DNA of 64,000 nucleotides from an uncultured delta proteobacterium (GTDB lineage Bacteria > Myxococcota_A > Polyangia > Haliangiales > Haliangiaceae). Positions 10,041-20,559 of this stretch are shown here, piece by piece (the stretch's first letter is position 1; each line of letters opens with the position of its first letter). The position numbers and the translations under genes were made by a program. Location of the stretch: assembly GCA_963848295.1 (NCBI GenBank), contig CAWKDB010000002.1:224001-288000 (forward strand), in the 5' to 3' direction. The notes beneath the pieces were generated by a model that did no database searches, was not told the DNA's origin, and saw only the letters and a list, made by a program, of their open reading frames with translations.

Positions 10041-11120
10041 CTACCACGCGGCTCGCGCGAGGTGCAGGCGCAGGTCCGGGCCCTGCTGTACCGGTGCCGA
10101 GGCCCACGCAAAGCCGTGCGCGGCGGCGAGCTTGGCGACGCCCTCGCCGCCGACCCAGCTCGGCGCGGCGCCGCCGACGATGATCGGCGCGACGTAGAGG
10201 TAGAGCTCGTCCGCGAGCTTGGCGGCGAGCACCGCGGCGTGCAGCTCGCCCCCACCTTCGACCAGCACCGACATCACGCCGGCCGCGCCGAGCTTCTTCG
10301 CGAGCTTGCCGAGGTGAACGCGGCCGTCTTTCGACGCGGGGAGCCGCCAGACCTCCGCGCCGGCGGCGACCAGGCCGCGCTCTGCCCTCGCCGACGCGGT
10401 CGCGGTGGTCGCGATGATCGTGCGCGGGCCCGTGCCGCGCGGCAGCACCAGCGAGCGATGCGGCGTGCGCAGCGCGCTGTCGACGACGATGCGGATCGGA
10501 TCGCGTCCGTTCGGCACGCGCGCGGTCAGCCGCGGATTATCGGCGACCACGGTGCCGATGCCGACCATCACCGCGTCGGCGCGATCGCGCAACGCGTGGC
10601 CGTCGCGGCGCGCGACCTCGCCCGTGATCCACTTCGATTCGCCGGCGACCGTCGCGATCTTGCCATCGAGCGTGATCGCCGCTTTCAACGTGAACTGCGG
10701 CCGGCCCAGCTTTGCGAGCGTGAAGAACGGCCGATTCGCGGCGTCGCACTCGGCGACGAGCGCGCGGTCGACCGCGATCCCGGCGGCGCGCACCGCCGCG
10801 ATCCCGCCGCCGTGCGCCGCGATCGGATCGGCGCTGCCGACGACCACGCGCGAGACACCCGAGGCGATCACTGCAGGCGCACACGGCGGCGTGCGCCCGT
10901 GGTGGGTGCACGGCTCGAGCGTGACGTACAGCGTGCCGCCTTCCGCGCGCTCGGCCTCGACCTGGTCGAGTGCGAGCCGTTCGGCGTGCGGCGAGCCGGC
11001 GCGCTCGTGCGCCGCCTCCGCGATCACCTTGCCGCGCACGTCGACGATCACGCAGCCGACGATCGGGTTCGGCGCGGTCCGCCCGGCGAACCGCTCCGCG
11101 AGCTCGAGAGCGCGCGCCAT
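10041..11120 (-). CDS. ribD: Riboflavin biosynthesis deaminase/reductase RibD
   Basis: [35 protein letters not shown] and VEGG. Confidence 0.95.
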   Translation of the reverse strand: MARALELAERFAGRTAPNPIVGCVIVDVRGKVIAEAAHERAGSPHAERLALDQVEAERAEGGTLYVTLEPCTHHGRTPPCAPAVIASGVSRVVVGSADPIAAHGGGIAAVRAAGIAVDRALVAECDAANRPFFTLAKLGRPQFTLKAAITLDGKIATVAGESKWITGEVARRDGHALRDRADAVMVGIGTVVADNPRLTARVPNGRDPIRIVVDSALRTPHRSLVLPRGTGPRTIIATTATASARAERGLVAAGAEVWRLPASKDGRVHLGKLAKKLGAAGVMSVLVEGGGELHAAVLAAKLADELYLYVAPIIVGGAAPSWVGGEGVAKLAAAHGFAWASAPVQQGPDLRLHLARAAW

Positions 11121-11150
11121 CAGGGTGATGTCGCGATCGGCGCGCAGCGG

Positions 11151-11652
11151 CTACTCTCCCGCAGAGACTGGCGCGGCGACTGGCGGATGCTCGTCGGTCG
11201 CTTCTTCGCGCATCGCGTCGAGCTCCTTCGAGAACACGTCGAGGTCCGCGAAGTCGCGATAGATCGACGCGAACCGGACGTACGCGACCTGATCGATCGT
11301 GCGCAGCTTTGGCAAGACGCGCTCGCCGACATCGCGCGCCGCGATCTCCGCGACCCCGAGCTCGCCGATCTCGCGCTCGACATCGAGCGCGAGCGTCTCG
11401 ACTTGCTCCGGCGTGACCCGGCGCTTCGCGACCGCGGCGCGAATGCCGTGCACGATCTTGTTGCGGTCGAACGGTTCGCGCCGGCCGTCGTTCTTGATGA
11501 CGAGCGGCATCGACATCTTCGATCCGCTCGTACGTCGTGTAGCGGCGCGTGCAGCCCTCGCACTCGCGCCGGCGGCGGATCTCGTTGCCGTCTTTCGACA
11601 CCCGAGTCTCGATGACCTTGTCTTCGTAGGCGGCACAGAACGGGCAACGCAT
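11151..11652 (-). CDS. nrdR: Transcriptional repressor NrdR; frameshift near 11515
   Basis: MRCPFC...[18 protein letters not shown], then an ATP-cone [15 protein letters not shown]...[15 protein letters not shown] in the adjacent frame. Confidence 0.93.
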
Positions 11653-12092
11653 TACACGTGGTCCAAGCTGCCGAGCTGATCGACTCGGCGTTGATGACGT
11701 CCACCCGCAAACGTCGTCGAGCGGAACGTCGCGAGCGCATGCTGCGCCACGCCGCCGCCGACGACCCGTGCCCCGAATGCGATGACGTTCGCATCGTTAT
11801 GCTCGCGCGCCATCTGCGCGGTGAACGCATCGTGCACGACCGCGGCGCGCACGCCCGCGATCTTGTTCGCGGCGATCGAGATGCCGATCCCGGTGCCGCA
11901 CACGATCAACCCGAGCGTGCCGGGCTCGCCCGCGACCTTGCGACCGACCGCCGCGCCGAACGTCGGATAGTCGACCGAGTCCTCGGTCAGCGTCCCGAGA
12001 TCCTCGACCGAGTCGCCGAGCTCGCGCAGGCCCGCCACGAGCTCGCGCTTGAGCCCGAGCCCCGCGTGATCCGAGCCGGCGTACCACTTCAT
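11652..12092 (-). CDS. rpiB: Ribose-5-phosphate isomerase B
   Basis: [32 protein letters not shown] and GGRHQRRV. Confidence 0.95.
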   Translation of the reverse strand: MKWYAGSDHAGLGLKRELVAGLRELGDSVEDLGTLTEDSVDYPTFGAAVGRKVAGEPGTLGLIVCGTGIGISIAANKIAGVRAAVVHDAFTAQMAREHNDANVIAFGARVVGGGVAQHALATFRSTTFAGGRHQRRVDQLGSLDHV

Positions 12093-12097
12093 CGCGC

Positions 12098-13348
<1,251 letters not shown>

Positions 13349-13443
13349 GGAGCTCCTTGTCGATCCAACCGGGCCCAGGTCCCGGCCAGCGATCCAGTCG
13401 CGGGACTAGACCCCGAAAATCGCTTCGAGGCGACCCTCCGCGC

Positions 13444-13686
13444 CTACTTCGCGTGGGTCTTGATGTAGTTGACCGCGTCCTTCACCGTCTTGATCTGCTC
13501 GGTGTCTTCCTCGGGGATCGTGATCTTGAACTCTTGCTCGAACGCGAGCACGAGCTCGACCACGGCCAGCGAGTCGGCCTTGAGGTCATCGATGAACGAC
13601 GCCTCGGGCTTCAGCTGCTCGGGGGAGACCTCGAGCTGATTGCAGATGATTTCCTTGACCTTGGCTTCGATCTCGTCAGGCGACAT
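13444..13686 (-). CDS. acpP: Acyl carrier protein
   Basis: [21 protein letters not shown] phosphopantetheine motif; 80 aa, acidic. Confidence 0.96.
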   Translation of the reverse strand: MSPDEIEAKVKEIICNQLEVSPEQLKPEASFIDDLKADSLAVVELVLAFEQEFKITIPEEDTEQIKTVKDAVNYIKTHAK

Positions 13687-13732
13687 GACACTTCCTCGAT
13701 GAGGGATGCGCGTTCTTAGTCTAGAACCGGAA

Positions 13733-14521
13733 TTACATCAACATCCCGCCGTTGACCCTGAGCACCTGCCCGGTGATGTAGGCAGCCTCCGGTCCGGCTA
13801 GGAAAGCCACGGTATCGGCAATGTCATCGGCCTTGCCGATGCGACCGAGCGGGATCTGTTCCATCAGCTTGGCCCGCGCGGCCTCGGGCAGATGGTCGGC
13901 GGTCATCGCGGTGTCGATATAGCCGGGCGCGACCGCGTTACAGGTCACGCCGCGCGACGCCAGCTCGCGAGCGGTCGACATCGTCAGGCCGATGATGCCG
14001 GCCTTGGACGCCGAGTACGCGGCCTGGCCGCCGTTGCCCATCTCGCCGACGACCGACGACAGGTTGATGATCCGGCCCGCTTCTTTCGCGCGCAGCAGCA
14101 GCGACGCCGCGGCCCGCGTGGTGTGGAACGCGCCGTTGAGGTTGACGTTGATCGTGCGCTGCCACTGATCGTCGGTGAACCGCATCAGCAGGCCGTTGAC
14201 CGCGATGCCGGCGTTGTTGACCAGGATGTCGAGCTGCTTGTGCTCGCTGCCGATCGCCTTGATCGCGTCGGTCACGCTCGCGCTGTTCGCGACGTCGAAT
14301 CCGGAGATCGCGCCTTGGCCGCCCGCGGCTTCGACCTCGGCCGCGACCGTGCGCGCGTCGGCTTCACGTGACGCCGGTGCGCCCGCGGCGTCGGGCAAGT
14401 AGTTCACGATCACCTTCGCGCCGCGCCGGCCGAGCGCGACGGCGATCGCGCGCCCGATGCCCTGCGATGCGCCGGTGACGAGCGCGACCTTTCCCGCGAG
14501 TGCCTTGTCCGTGATCGCCAT
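13733..14521 (-). CDS. fabG: 3-oxoacyl-ACP reductase
   Basis: [23 protein letters not shown] and [12 protein letters not shown]. Start MAITDK. Confidence 0.94.
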   Translation of the reverse strand: MAITDKALAGKVALVTGASQGIGRAIAVALGRRGAKVIVNYLPDAAGAPASREADARTVAAEVEAAGGQGAISGFDVANSASVTDAIKAIGSEHKQLDILVNNAGIAVNGLLMRFTDDQWQRTINVNLNGAFHTTRAAASLLLRAKEAGRIINLSSVVGEMGNGGQAAYSASKAGIIGLTMSTARELASRGVTCNAVAPGYIDTAMTADHLPEAARAKLMEQIPLGRIGKADDIADTVAFLAGPEAAYITGQVLRVNGGMLM

Positions 14522-14529
14522 GTGCTCTC

Positions 14530-15454
14530 CTAAGCCTTGAACGCTTCCACTTCGTGCGGCTCGCCGATCGTCGTCGTCTCGATCTGGTTCGCGATGCGCT
14601 TGACGAGGCCCTTCAACGTCGACCCAGCGCCGAGCTCGTAGGCGCGCACGACGCCGAGCTTGCCGAGCGTCTGCACGCTCTCTTCCCAGCGCACCGGCGC
14701 GGTGACTTGCTGGACGAGCAGCTGGCGGATCGCGGCCGGGTCGCGCGTCGGCTCGGCCGTGACGTTCGCGACGACCGGCACGCTCGGCTGCGCGATCGCG
14801 ATGTCCGCGAGCGCCAGCGGCGAGTCGATCCGCGGCCGGCTGCATCAGCGACGAGTGGAATGGCGCGGACACCGCGAGCTTCTTCGCGATCTTCGCGCCG
14901 GCGGTCTTCGCCTCGGCGATCGCGCGATCGATCGCCGCGCTGTGCCCGGAGATCACGATCTGACCCGCGCCGTTCAGGTTCGCCGGCTCGACCGGCTCGC
15001 CCGGCGCCGACGCCTTCGCGCATACCGCGCGCACCGCCGCGAGCTCGAGACCGATGAGTGCCGCCATGCCGCCCGCGCCAACCGGCACGGCGTCCTGCAT
15101 GAACGTGCCGCGCAGGTGAGTGAGCCGAACCGCATCGCCGAGCGACAGCGCGCCGGCGGCGACCAGCGCGCTCCACTCGCCGAGCGAATGACCGGCGGCG
15201 ACCTCGAACGTCAGGCCGCGCTCGCGGAGCACGCGGAACACCGCGATCGACGTGGCCAGGATCGCCGGCTGCGCGTGCTTCGTCAGCACGAGGTCGTCCT
15301 CGGGTCCGTCGAAGCACAGCTTCGAGATCGAGAACCCGAGCGCCGAATCGGCCTCGTCGTACGTCTGGCGCGCGAGCGGGAACGTCAGCGCGAGGTCGCG
15401 GCCCATGCCGACCCGCTGCGAGCCCTGCCCTGGAAACAGCAACGCCGTGTGCAT
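14530..15454 (-). CDS. fabD: Malonyl-CoA:ACP transacylase; frameshift near 14815
   Basis: [27 protein letters not shown] and PVRWEESV. Confidence 0.93.
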
Positions 15455-15474
15455 CGCGGGGGGTTTTCGCACAA

Positions 15475-15566
15475 GGGGACGGAGGAATCTCTGTCAACCG
15501 GCCCGAACCCGCAACTCTGCGTATCTGCGAACCTTTGCCGGGGACGGAGGAATCTTTGTCAACCGG
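15475..15566. repeat. Two 27-bp direct repeats separated by 38 bp
   Basis: GGGGACGGAGGAATCT(C/T)TGTCAACCGG at 15475-15501 and 15540-15566, one mismatch. Confidence 0.9.
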
Positions 15567-15614
15567 ACGCGGCGGCGTTCAGACCCCTCCGCGCGGTCGC
15601 GCGTTCAACCTGCG

Positions 15615-16610
15615 GTGCGGAGGCTCGTCGCGCTCGCGTTGGTCGTGGCCGGGTCCGACGTCGCCTATCGCGCGCCCGAGCACGTCGCCACCCGCTGGCC
15701 GGCTCCGCCGCCCAGTGCAGCCCCCGCCGGGATCGCCCGCCCGCTCGATGTCCGCGCCTGCGAGCTCGACCTCGGCGCCGGCGCGGCCAAGCCGCAGTCG
15801 TTGACGGACCTGCCGGCCGAGCGAGGGTCCCCACCTCCGGTCTCGCCGCGAATCGCGCTGATCGACCGGGCGACCGCGCTGGTGACCGCGGCGACCGTTG
15901 CGGCGACGTGGCCGACGGCGTGGCGACCGCATGTCGAGCTCGACTCGACGGGCATGGCCGCGCACGTCCAGCTCGAGCTGCCGGGCGAGCACAAGCCGAG
16001 CGAGCTCGTACCCGACGTGCTCGCGTTCGTCCGCTCACATCCATGCTTGTTCGGCGCGACCGATCCTAAAGCACTCGTCGCGCGCGCCAGCGAGATCCGA
16101 GGCCCGTGGGTGCTGATCGACCAGCCCCACTCGTTCGGCGCGATCCAGGCCGAGGTCGTCGCCGACCACGGCGTCACCCATGTGCGGATCGACCAGCACC
16201 TTTGGCCGATCGCGATGCCACGGGTCGCGATCGATCCGGCGCGCGTCCTCGCCCGGTATCTCGGGCTCGCGGCTCACCTCGAGATCGGCACGCGTTACAT
16301 GGTCGATCCGAAGACGCACCAACACACCGGCTGCGTACCGATATTCAAAGACGAGGTCACGACGGTAGACAGCTTTGCGCTACACGCACCACCGCTGTTG
16401 GTGTGCCGCGACCGGATCGCCACCGTCACCGCGGGAACCTACGTCGTGCTACCGGGCACGCCCGTGCAGGTCGATCCGGTGCTCGCCGAGCTCCCCGCCG
16501 CGCTCGATCCGAGCGGCGCGGTGATCGCCAAGCCGTGGATCGTCCCCGCCGAACGCCCGGTGGACGAGGACAACCTCGAATTCGACGTCGGTAGCTGCCC
16601 GCCGCCGTAA
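15615..16610 (+). CDS. Hypothetical exported protein
   Basis: GTG start with signal-like VRRLVALALVVAG; fills the gap after fabD. Confidence 0.6.
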   Translation: MRRLVALALVVAGSDVAYRAPEHVATRWPAPPPSAAPAGIARPLDVRACELDLGAGAAKPQSLTDLPAERGSPPPVSPRIALIDRATALVTAATVAATWPTAWRPHVELDSTGMAAHVQLELPGEHKPSELVPDVLAFVRSHPCLFGATDPKALVARASEIRGPWVLIDQPHSFGAIQAEVVADHGVTHVRIDQHLWPIAMPRVAIDPARVLARYLGLAAHLEIGTRYMVDPKTHQHTGCVPIFKDEVTTVDSFALHAPPLLVCRDRIATVTAGTYVVLPGTPVQVDPVLAELPAALDPSGAVIAKPWIVPAERPVDEDNLEFDVGSCPPP

Positions 16611-16653
16611 GATCGCGCGCAACCGGCGGCGCGACCGGCCGATACGCCGGCCC

Positions 16654-17766
16654 ATGGGATATGGACACGCTCACAAGCCGAAACCCGCCGACCACCACGC
16701 CAAGCCCGCAGCGCACTACGATGCGCCGATGCCGAAGCCGAAGCTGATCGGCGACCCGTACCTGGACAACGGCCTCGTCTGCGACCGGCCGCTTAGCCAG
16801 CGCCCGTCGATCGCGGTCTGCGACTTGTTGGCGGCGACGCGTGCCCGCCTCGTTGGCGAGCTTGACCAGCGGGCCGGAGCTGCCAAGACCAACTACCAGC
16901 TCGCTCTCGTGGAGAAACGCGTCGATCTGCTGCTCAGCAAGAGTGACGATTGGGGGCTTCTCGGCGACCTCGCCTTCGGCGCCATTGCCGCGCTGTTGAT
17001 CGCGTGCAGCGATGGACTGCTGGCGCCGGCGGTGGAGGTCGCCGGTGGCGCCGAGGGCGCCACGCTCGCCGCGAAGGCCGCAGCGCCGGCGGAGGTTGCG
17101 ACAGTCTCGGAGCACATCTCGAACGCCGGCCCCGCGGTCGTCAAGTCGCTCATCAGAAGCGGAACCACAGCGATGAGGGCACCGCTCAAGGACAAGCTCC
17201 GGACGCTGCGCCCCGACGTGGCCGCGAAGACGCAATTCGTCGACGGATTGATCGACGCTGCAGGCCAGCTGTTCAATGGCATCACGAGCGCGGTGGAGGC
17301 AAAGGGCGATGATGCGGCGTTGCTGGCCTGGTATGCTGCCCTGGCCGACCGCAACGTGACCGTCTCCATCTTCGCGGCACAGATCGACGAGCTCGTTGCG
17401 CGCTTCTCCGCCAACCGCCTCGACCAGCTCGGGCGCGATACGTTGCCCACGTCGGATGCCCATCCGCGCGAGCTCAGCCGCGAGGTCGTGCGGATTCGCA
17501 ACGGCAAGCAGGTTCGCTACGCGGTGATCCAGTTCGCCGACCGTCTCCCGCCAGGACTGACGATCGGCGAGGTGCTCGGCATGGCCAAGCCCGTACCGCC
17601 GGGCCCGCCGCTCGCGTTCTTTCTCAACTGGGTCGACGCCGACTTCGTCGACGAGGGGGAGTCGATCCAGATGGCGACGTTCGGCACGATGCGCACCCTC
17701 GATGTCGACCACCCCGTGATTCGCGACCTGCCCGAGATCGCAGATTTCGCCGAGGAACACCGATGA
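16654..17766 (+). CDS. Hypothetical protein (370 aa) with His/Pro-rich N-terminus and a hydrophobic Gly/Ala segment
   Basis: Long ORF with protein-like composition; ATGA overlap with the next gene. Confidence 0.75.
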   Translation: MGYGHAHKPKPADHHAKPAAHYDAPMPKPKLIGDPYLDNGLVCDRPLSQRPSIAVCDLLAATRARLVGELDQRAGAAKTNYQLALVEKRVDLLLSKSDDWGLLGDLAFGAIAALLIACSDGLLAPAVEVAGGAEGATLAAKAAAPAEVATVSEHISNAGPAVVKSLIRSGTTAMRAPLKDKLRTLRPDVAAKTQFVDGLIDAAGQLFNGITSAVEAKGDDAALLAWYAALADRNVTVSIFAAQIDELVARFSANRLDQLGRDTLPTSDAHPRELSREVVRIRNGKQVRYAVIQFADRLPPGLTIGEVLGMAKPVPPGPPLAFFLNWVDADFVDEGESIQMATFGTMRTLDVDHPVIRDLPEIADFAEEHR

Positions 17767-18155
17767 AGACCACCGTGATCAGCCTCGTAGCCGCGGCGGT
17801 GGCGCTCGCCGCCGCGATCACCACCGAAGAGGTTCGGCTTCAGCGTGCCGACGCTCGGATCGAGACGCTCGTCGCGGAGCGCACCGAGTATCGGATCCTG
17901 TGCTCGTCGATCCGGTACACCGCCCGCACCGCTTCGCAGAGACTCAACGCATCTGCGTTCGCGCAGCTCGACATGATCGGGATCTTCGCCGGGCTATGCG
18001 GGGCCGATCGCGAGCGCGCTCACCGAGCCGCCGAGCGCGCCGGCGACTGCGCCGCGATCAGCCACGACTGGGCGTGCGCTCGGCAAGCCGCCACGGAACT
18101 AGTCGACATGATGCCGGAGGACTATCCCGAGCTCGACCCGGCGTTCGACCACTAG
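17763..18155 (+). CDS. Hypothetical small exported or membrane-anchored protein with 4 Cys
   Basis: MKTTVISLVAAAVALAAA signal-like start; ATGA overlap with the upstream gene. Confidence 0.7.
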   Translation: MKTTVISLVAAAVALAAAITTEEVRLQRADARIETLVAERTEYRILCSSIRYTARTASQRLNASAFAQLDMIGIFAGLCGADRERAHRAAERAGDCAAISHDWACARQAATELVDMMPEDYPELDPAFDH

Positions 18156-19201
18156 CCCAACGCAGCGGCCAGCTGCTCGGTGAGCCCGCGCTCCGCGAAG
18201 CTCGCCGCCGAGCGGATCGCACTCGCGATCGCGGTGGCGTCGCTCCGGCCATGGGCGATCAGCACGGGCTTGGTCACGCCCGCGAGCAGCGCGCCGCCGA
18301 CCTCGGTGTAGTCGATCCGCTTCGCGAGGCCGCGCAGCGCCGGTGCGACGAGCGCCGCGCCGAGGCGGGCCCGGGGCGTGCGCTCGAGCTCTTGGCGGAC
18401 GAGGCCGAACAAGCCCTCGGCGATGCCCTCGCACGTCTTCAACACGACGTTGCCGGTAAAGCCATCGGTCGCGACGACATCGACCACGCCGCGAAACAGG
18501 TCGCTGCCCTCGACGTAGCCGACGTACTGGAAGGCGCCGGTTAGCGATCGAACCGCGCCGTCCTGCGGCGGCGCTGCTCGCCGGTCGTTCGCCCCGGCCA
18601 GCGCCGCGAGCAGTGCGTGGGCCTCGCGCGTGACCGCGGTGCCTTTGCCGGGCTCGCCGCCGTTCGACAACAAGCCGACCCGCGGGCGCGAATGCCCGTG
18701 GACGACGCGATCGTAGGCCGCGGCGAGCACGCCGAACTGCGCGAGCATCGCCGGCTTCGGCTCGACGTTCGCGCCGGCATCGCACAACACGAGCGGGCCC
18801 GACGGCGTCGGCAGCACGGTCACGATCGCGGGTCGCTCGACGCCGGGCAGGCGACCGAGCACGAACAGCGCGGTCGCGAGCATCGCCCCGCTGTTGCCGG
18901 CGCCGATCATCGCGTCGCCGCGCCCGGCCGCCAGCTCGGCGACCGCGATCCGCATCGACGAGTCGGGCTTGGCGCGGAACGCTTGCCCGGGGTGGTCGGT
19001 CATCGTGACGACTTGGCTCGCCGGCACGATCGCGAGCCGCGCACGATCCTCAGCGCTCGCGCCGGCGCGCACGAGCTCGGCTTCGATCCGCGCCGCGTCG
19101 CCGACGAGCGAAACGTCGATGCCGCCACCCGCGCGCAGCGCACCTAGCACCTCGGGCGCGGGTGCCCGATCACTTCCCATCGCGTCGACGACGACGCGCA
19201 T
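18152..19201 (-). CDS. plsX: Phosphate acyltransferase PlsX; carries a repeat insertion
   Basis: VVVDAMGSDRAP, SSMR, GNSGA, GVERPA, DAGANVE, DGFTGNVVLKTCEG and AHGRS. Confidence 0.95.
   Translation of the reverse strand: MRVVVDAMGSDRAPAPEVLGALRAGGGIDVSLVGDAARIEAELVRAGASAEDRARLAIVPASQVVTMTDHPGQAFRAKPDSSMRIAVAELAAGRGDAMIGAGNSGAMLATALFVLGRLPGVERPAIVTVLPTPSGPLVLCDAGANVEPKPAMLAQFGVLAAAYDRVVHGHSRPRVGLLSNGGEPGKGTAVTREAHALLAALAGANDRRAAPPQDGAVRSLTGAFQYVGYVEGSDLFRGVVDVVATDGFTGNVVLKTCEGIAEGLFGLVRQELERTPRARLGAALVAPALRGLAKRIDYTEVGGALLAGVTKPVLIAHGRSDATAIASAIRSAASFAERGLTEQLAAALG
18546..18605 (-). repeat. Intragenic two-hairpin repeat, copy 2 (in plsX)
   Basis: Ungapped match to 9811-9870 at 43/60 (35/45 in the core). 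Read one frame shifted, giving ALAGANDRRAAPPQDGAVRS. Confidence 0.75.
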
Positions 19202-19212
19202 GGCGACCCACC

Positions 19213-19413
19213 CTATTCTTCAGCCGACTTCTTCGCGACGATGGTCTCGCCGCGGTACTGGCCGCAGCTCATGCACACGCGGTGAGTGATCCGCGGCGCA
19301 CCGCAGTTCGGGCAGGCTTGAACCGCCATGTGGTTCGCGCCTGACTTCTTGGACCACGCCGAGCGCTGTTGGCGAGTACGGGTGGGTCCACGACGACGTT
19401 TCTGCAGTGCCAT
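19213..19413 (-). CDS. rpmF: 50S ribosomal protein L32
   Basis: MALQKRR...CPNCG...[12 protein letters not shown]; sits between yceD and plsX. Confidence 0.95.
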   Translation of the reverse strand: MALQKRRRGPTRTRQQRSAWSKKSGANHMAVQACPNCGAPRITHRVCMSCGQYRGETIVAKKSAEE

Positions 19414-19443
19414 AAGAAGACTCCGGGCGGCCTTTCTGCCAGT

Positions 19444-20061
19444 TCAGGAAGGTAATTTCAAGCCCTTGAGCGCGGCCAGGCGGGGGTCGATGGGCTTCTC
19501 GCACGCGCAGGTCTGTGTATTTCGGTCGATTCCGCACTGCGGGCATAGGCCCTTGCAGTCTTCGCGACACAGCGGCGCGTAGGGTACGGCGAGCACGAAT
19601 TGCTCTCGAAACAGCGGCTCGAGGTCGATCGCCTCGCCGTCGTAGGGGAACACGTCGAGGTCGCCGTCGCCGAGCTCGGCGCCGTCCTCGTCGTCATCGA
19701 CCTTATCTTTGTCCTTGTGCTTCGGCGTCGCCGGCTCGATCTCGGTCGGCAGCTCGCCGCGCGGCAGGAACGTCACGCGCAGGGTCTCGTCGATCGGCAG
19801 CGTGACCGGGCCGACACACCGGCTGCACGCGACCACGAGATGGCCGTGGAACTCGCCCGAGACGAACACCGTCTTGTCGTCGCCGTACAGATCGAGCTCG
19901 GCGACGCCCTGGCCGGCCTCGGGATCCGGTTCGGGTGCGCCGAGCGCGTCGCGCATCGGCATGCCGCGCAGCCAGTCGGAGACCTGGGTCGGCGTGACCT
20001 CGAACCGCCGATGGGTCGGCAGGTCGCGCAGCAACACCGAGAAGGGTGCTTCCTTCGCCAT
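19444..20061 (-). CDS. yceD: YceD/DUF177 family protein
   Basis: CSRC and PLCREDCKGLCPQCGIDRN...IDPRLAALK; upstream of rpmF. Confidence 0.9.
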   Translation of the reverse strand: MAKEAPFSVLLRDLPTHRRFEVTPTQVSDWLRGMPMRDALGAPEPDPEAGQGVAELDLYGDDKTVFVSGEFHGHLVVACSRCVGPVTLPIDETLRVTFLPRGELPTEIEPATPKHKDKDKVDDDEDGAELGDGDLDVFPYDGEAIDLEPLFREQFVLAVPYAPLCREDCKGLCPQCGIDRNTQTCACEKPIDPRLAALKGLKLPS

Positions 20062-20121
20062 GGCGGCTGGGGAATATAGGTGCGCGATCGCCGCTGTCAA
20101 GCTGCGGTTAGAATGTTCCGT

Positions 20122-20559
20122 ATGAGCCAGCCGCCGATGTGGGTCGTACGCAGTCCCGTGCGATCGTCGTTGGGATACGGGATCCTTGTCGCGCTCAAAC
20201 GCGGGGCTCGGTCAATGGGACGCGGCAATCGAGTACGGCGCACGCTGGAGGTGACAACCAAAGCGCCGGCGGCCGAGGCGTACGCCAAGATCGAAGCGAT
20301 CGGTAGGCCCGTATCGGATCGACGATCGCGACGCCGAAGCGGGCCGCATGCTCGATGCTGTCGTCGCATCTACGCTGGTGATCTTGGGGGTTCATCTACC
20401 CAGTGGTCGTTAGATCGCGGCGCCGAGCGGCTCGCGGATCACTATCGGGATCCAGTCGAAGGTCTTCCAATACGGTTTTTTCGCCAACCGTGCCCATCGC
20501 CCGCTGTGCGACGCGAGCTGGAGGCGCTGCTGTCGGTGCCGGCGGCGCGAGTCGCGTAG
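20122..20559 (+). CDS. Small hypothetical protein, probably with several frameshift errors
   Basis: TAGAAT lies 7 nt before the ATG. Protein-like segments occur in alternating frames (APAAEAYAKIEAIG, SWGFIYPVVV, SRITIGIQSKVFQYG, ELEALLSVPAARVA*). Confidence 0.45.
   Translation: MSQPPMWVVRSPVRSSLGYGILVALKRGARSMGRGNRVRRTLEVTTKAPAAEAYAKIEAIGRPVSDRRSRRRSGPHARCCRRIYAGDLGGSSTQWSLDRGAERLADHYRDPVEGLPIRFFRQPCPSPAVRRELEALLSVPAARVA

Noticed and set aside
15475..15566. Mini CRISPR array
   Set aside because: Only two repeats, no palindrome or typical repeat terminus, and no cas genes in the window. Kept as a plain repeat.
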